DNA from: Takakia lepidozioides
Taxonomy: Eukaryota > Plantae > Bryophyta
Assembly: GCA_030704615.1 (NCBI GenBank)
Contig: CM060732.1
Span: forward strand, 54,808,001 to 54,872,000
Direction: 5' to 3'
DNA: 64,000 nt
Under the pieces are notes generated by a model. It was not told where the DNA came from. It saw only the letters and a program-made list of their open reading frames with translations, and did no database searches. The position numbers were made by a program, and so were the translations under genes. The number at the start of each line of letters is the position of its first letter. The stretch's first letter is position 1. This document shows positions 62,101 through 64,000 of the stretch, piece after piece.

Positions 62101-64000
62101 CTCATGTATCCTTTCCAAACCTGTAGGCCAAGGCCTATTGGAATAATGGATGGACAACCAAGATTTGGACCTGGTATTTAGAACCACTGGTATCAAAATC
62201 ATTTTGAAATACTTAACAAGTTTTACCTCAGCTGAATTGCATTTCGTGTCACCCAATTGCAAATGCAGAGCAGCCAAAGGCCAAAAATTCGCCCTCCAAG
62301 TTTCAAAAATAAACCTACCTGTCGTTTCAATGTTTCCAGACAACCGGTAGCACAACCCTCCGGATCGCAAAATCTCTGGGGTTTGGGATGACGCACTGAA
62401 GGATCACAAGATTGCCCATAGTCTAGGAAGGTATTGTTCCTCATTGACAAAGACACTTCATTTACAACATTTGGAATTCCATGGATAGTGGAACCACTTC
62501 CAACTTTTGACCAACAGCAGGACAATCACGGATTTCTTAAAGTAGAGAGGAAGGAGAAGGCTGAACGTTAATACCTTTTCAACATTGACCCTCATGCATA
62601 TCCTACTAGTGATTAACTCTTGTGCAAGTCTGTCTAATTGTCACTGGAGGCTGTGTAATGACCGCGGAAACCCCTGATAAAACGAATGTGAGATAAATGT
62701 GTGAGATTTCTAATAGAAGGCCAAAACTGGGCAAGTGTGCTTGATTTCAGAGCACATGACAATTACCCAACTATTCAACAACCGCCAATAAGTCAGCCAC
62801 ACGGCAGAAGCAGATCTTGTCTGGTGTTCCCAAATCCGCCTGTATTTCAAAGACAAGAAGATGTATCATACATCAAGGAAAAGGGTGAGGGATAAAAAGA
62901 GAAAAAAGAAGTTCATTTCATGTTTCTTTCACACTGTATAACAACCCCTTGCCCCAGCACAAAGTTTCAATATAGATGAATGGTTGCCTCCAGGCCTTAT
63001 GATGACTTATAGACAACCACAAGTGCTCTGATACTGAAGAGAGACAACTGCTGCACTGCCGTTAATATGCAGTCCTAAGACGAAGTTTGCCCTAGCCTTG
63101 TGGCCATAGACCCACGCCCAGTTTGGGGAACAGACAGTACCTTTGTGAGGGGCTCCAGTGGTGGCACTGCACTTAACAAAGGTACCGCAAGTGAATGTGA
63201 CTACAAAAAGGAGATTTCTTAGGAGTGTACCTCATAGGCATTAATGTCGGAGAACAGGACCTGCATTTTCAACAAAACAAGGGACACCCATAACCACAGA
63301 ATGCTTCACGTTTGACAAATAGCATCATCAGAATATGGAAAGGACCAATTATCAAGTCAGGAATGTCATACCCTGGAGGAGAGAGGAAAGTCTGGCACAA
63401 GGCTAGTGGCCTAAGTCCCTTCTCAGCTGGGATGAGGCAAGAAAGGGGGAAGAGGAACTTGGGGAACAAGGAGACCAGAATAGAGTCCATCCCTATGGCT
63501 GAAGTATGAAGAGAATGTACTCATGTAGTTCCCTGCGAACGTTGGCTTGCCATACCCTTACGGCCATCGACCCCGCAGGAAACTAACGCTCCATGAGTAT
63601 CAAGAGAGAGAGAGAGAGACTCTACATGAGTCTACTGCTGAAACTTCAGAGGTCAATGGACCTAGAGAGAACCAAGGAGAAGAGAGTCATAGCTAGATTA
63701 TTAAAAGCTAATGAGGCCAATACAGGCCACCAATCATGTGTCCTCACAGCAGAGCACAACAAAAATGTGCCTCACCACCATAACTCTTGTGCATTAGGTG
63801 TCTGGGCATTTTAATTGAGCTTGCCTCTCTGTATAAGCCCTAGCAAATTCAAGGGGAATGAGGGGGTGAGGTAATAGAGACGTGTAGAGGTGCATTTTAG
63901 TTGCTTACCTTCTGCCCCTTCTCTATGGATGCAGCATCTTTCCCCACAGACAAAACCTGCTTCAGAATCATTGTTGTTTGTTCAGGACATAGCAAGAACT

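Overview
Eukaryotic, intron-rich, TE-dense plant DNA. It is probably from a flagellate-sperm land plant such as a bryophyte, an inference from a MOK/LF4-type kinase. Host genes: a MOK/LF4-like kinase (- strand, runs off the left edge), a divergently oriented C-factor-type SDR, a SelH/Rdx-family CxxC protein with an AT-hook, and a small secreted Cys-rich protein. Gene fragments include a D-box PATRONUS-like exon, a HECT-like/COR413 chimera and a kinase piece. Mobile DNA: a near full-length two-ORF RTE-X-like LINE with (ATTTC)n tails plus many 5'-truncated copies, a Mutator-type MITE, a decayed MULE sharing its TIR, tRNA-derived SINE-like elements and a complex satellite. The standout is an 11.9-kb Ty3/Gypsy-type element (33480-45383, - strand). 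Its pol carries a DNMT3-like cytosine methyltransferase between protease and RT and a PHD finger after the integrase, and it has a self-priming PBS. Its ends are not normal LTRs but split, circularly permuted repeats (B...A-B-A). Even so it has TGTC...GACA termini and a 4-bp TSD, as if a 2-LTR circle had been integrated through an internal palindrome (GACA-GC-TGTC).
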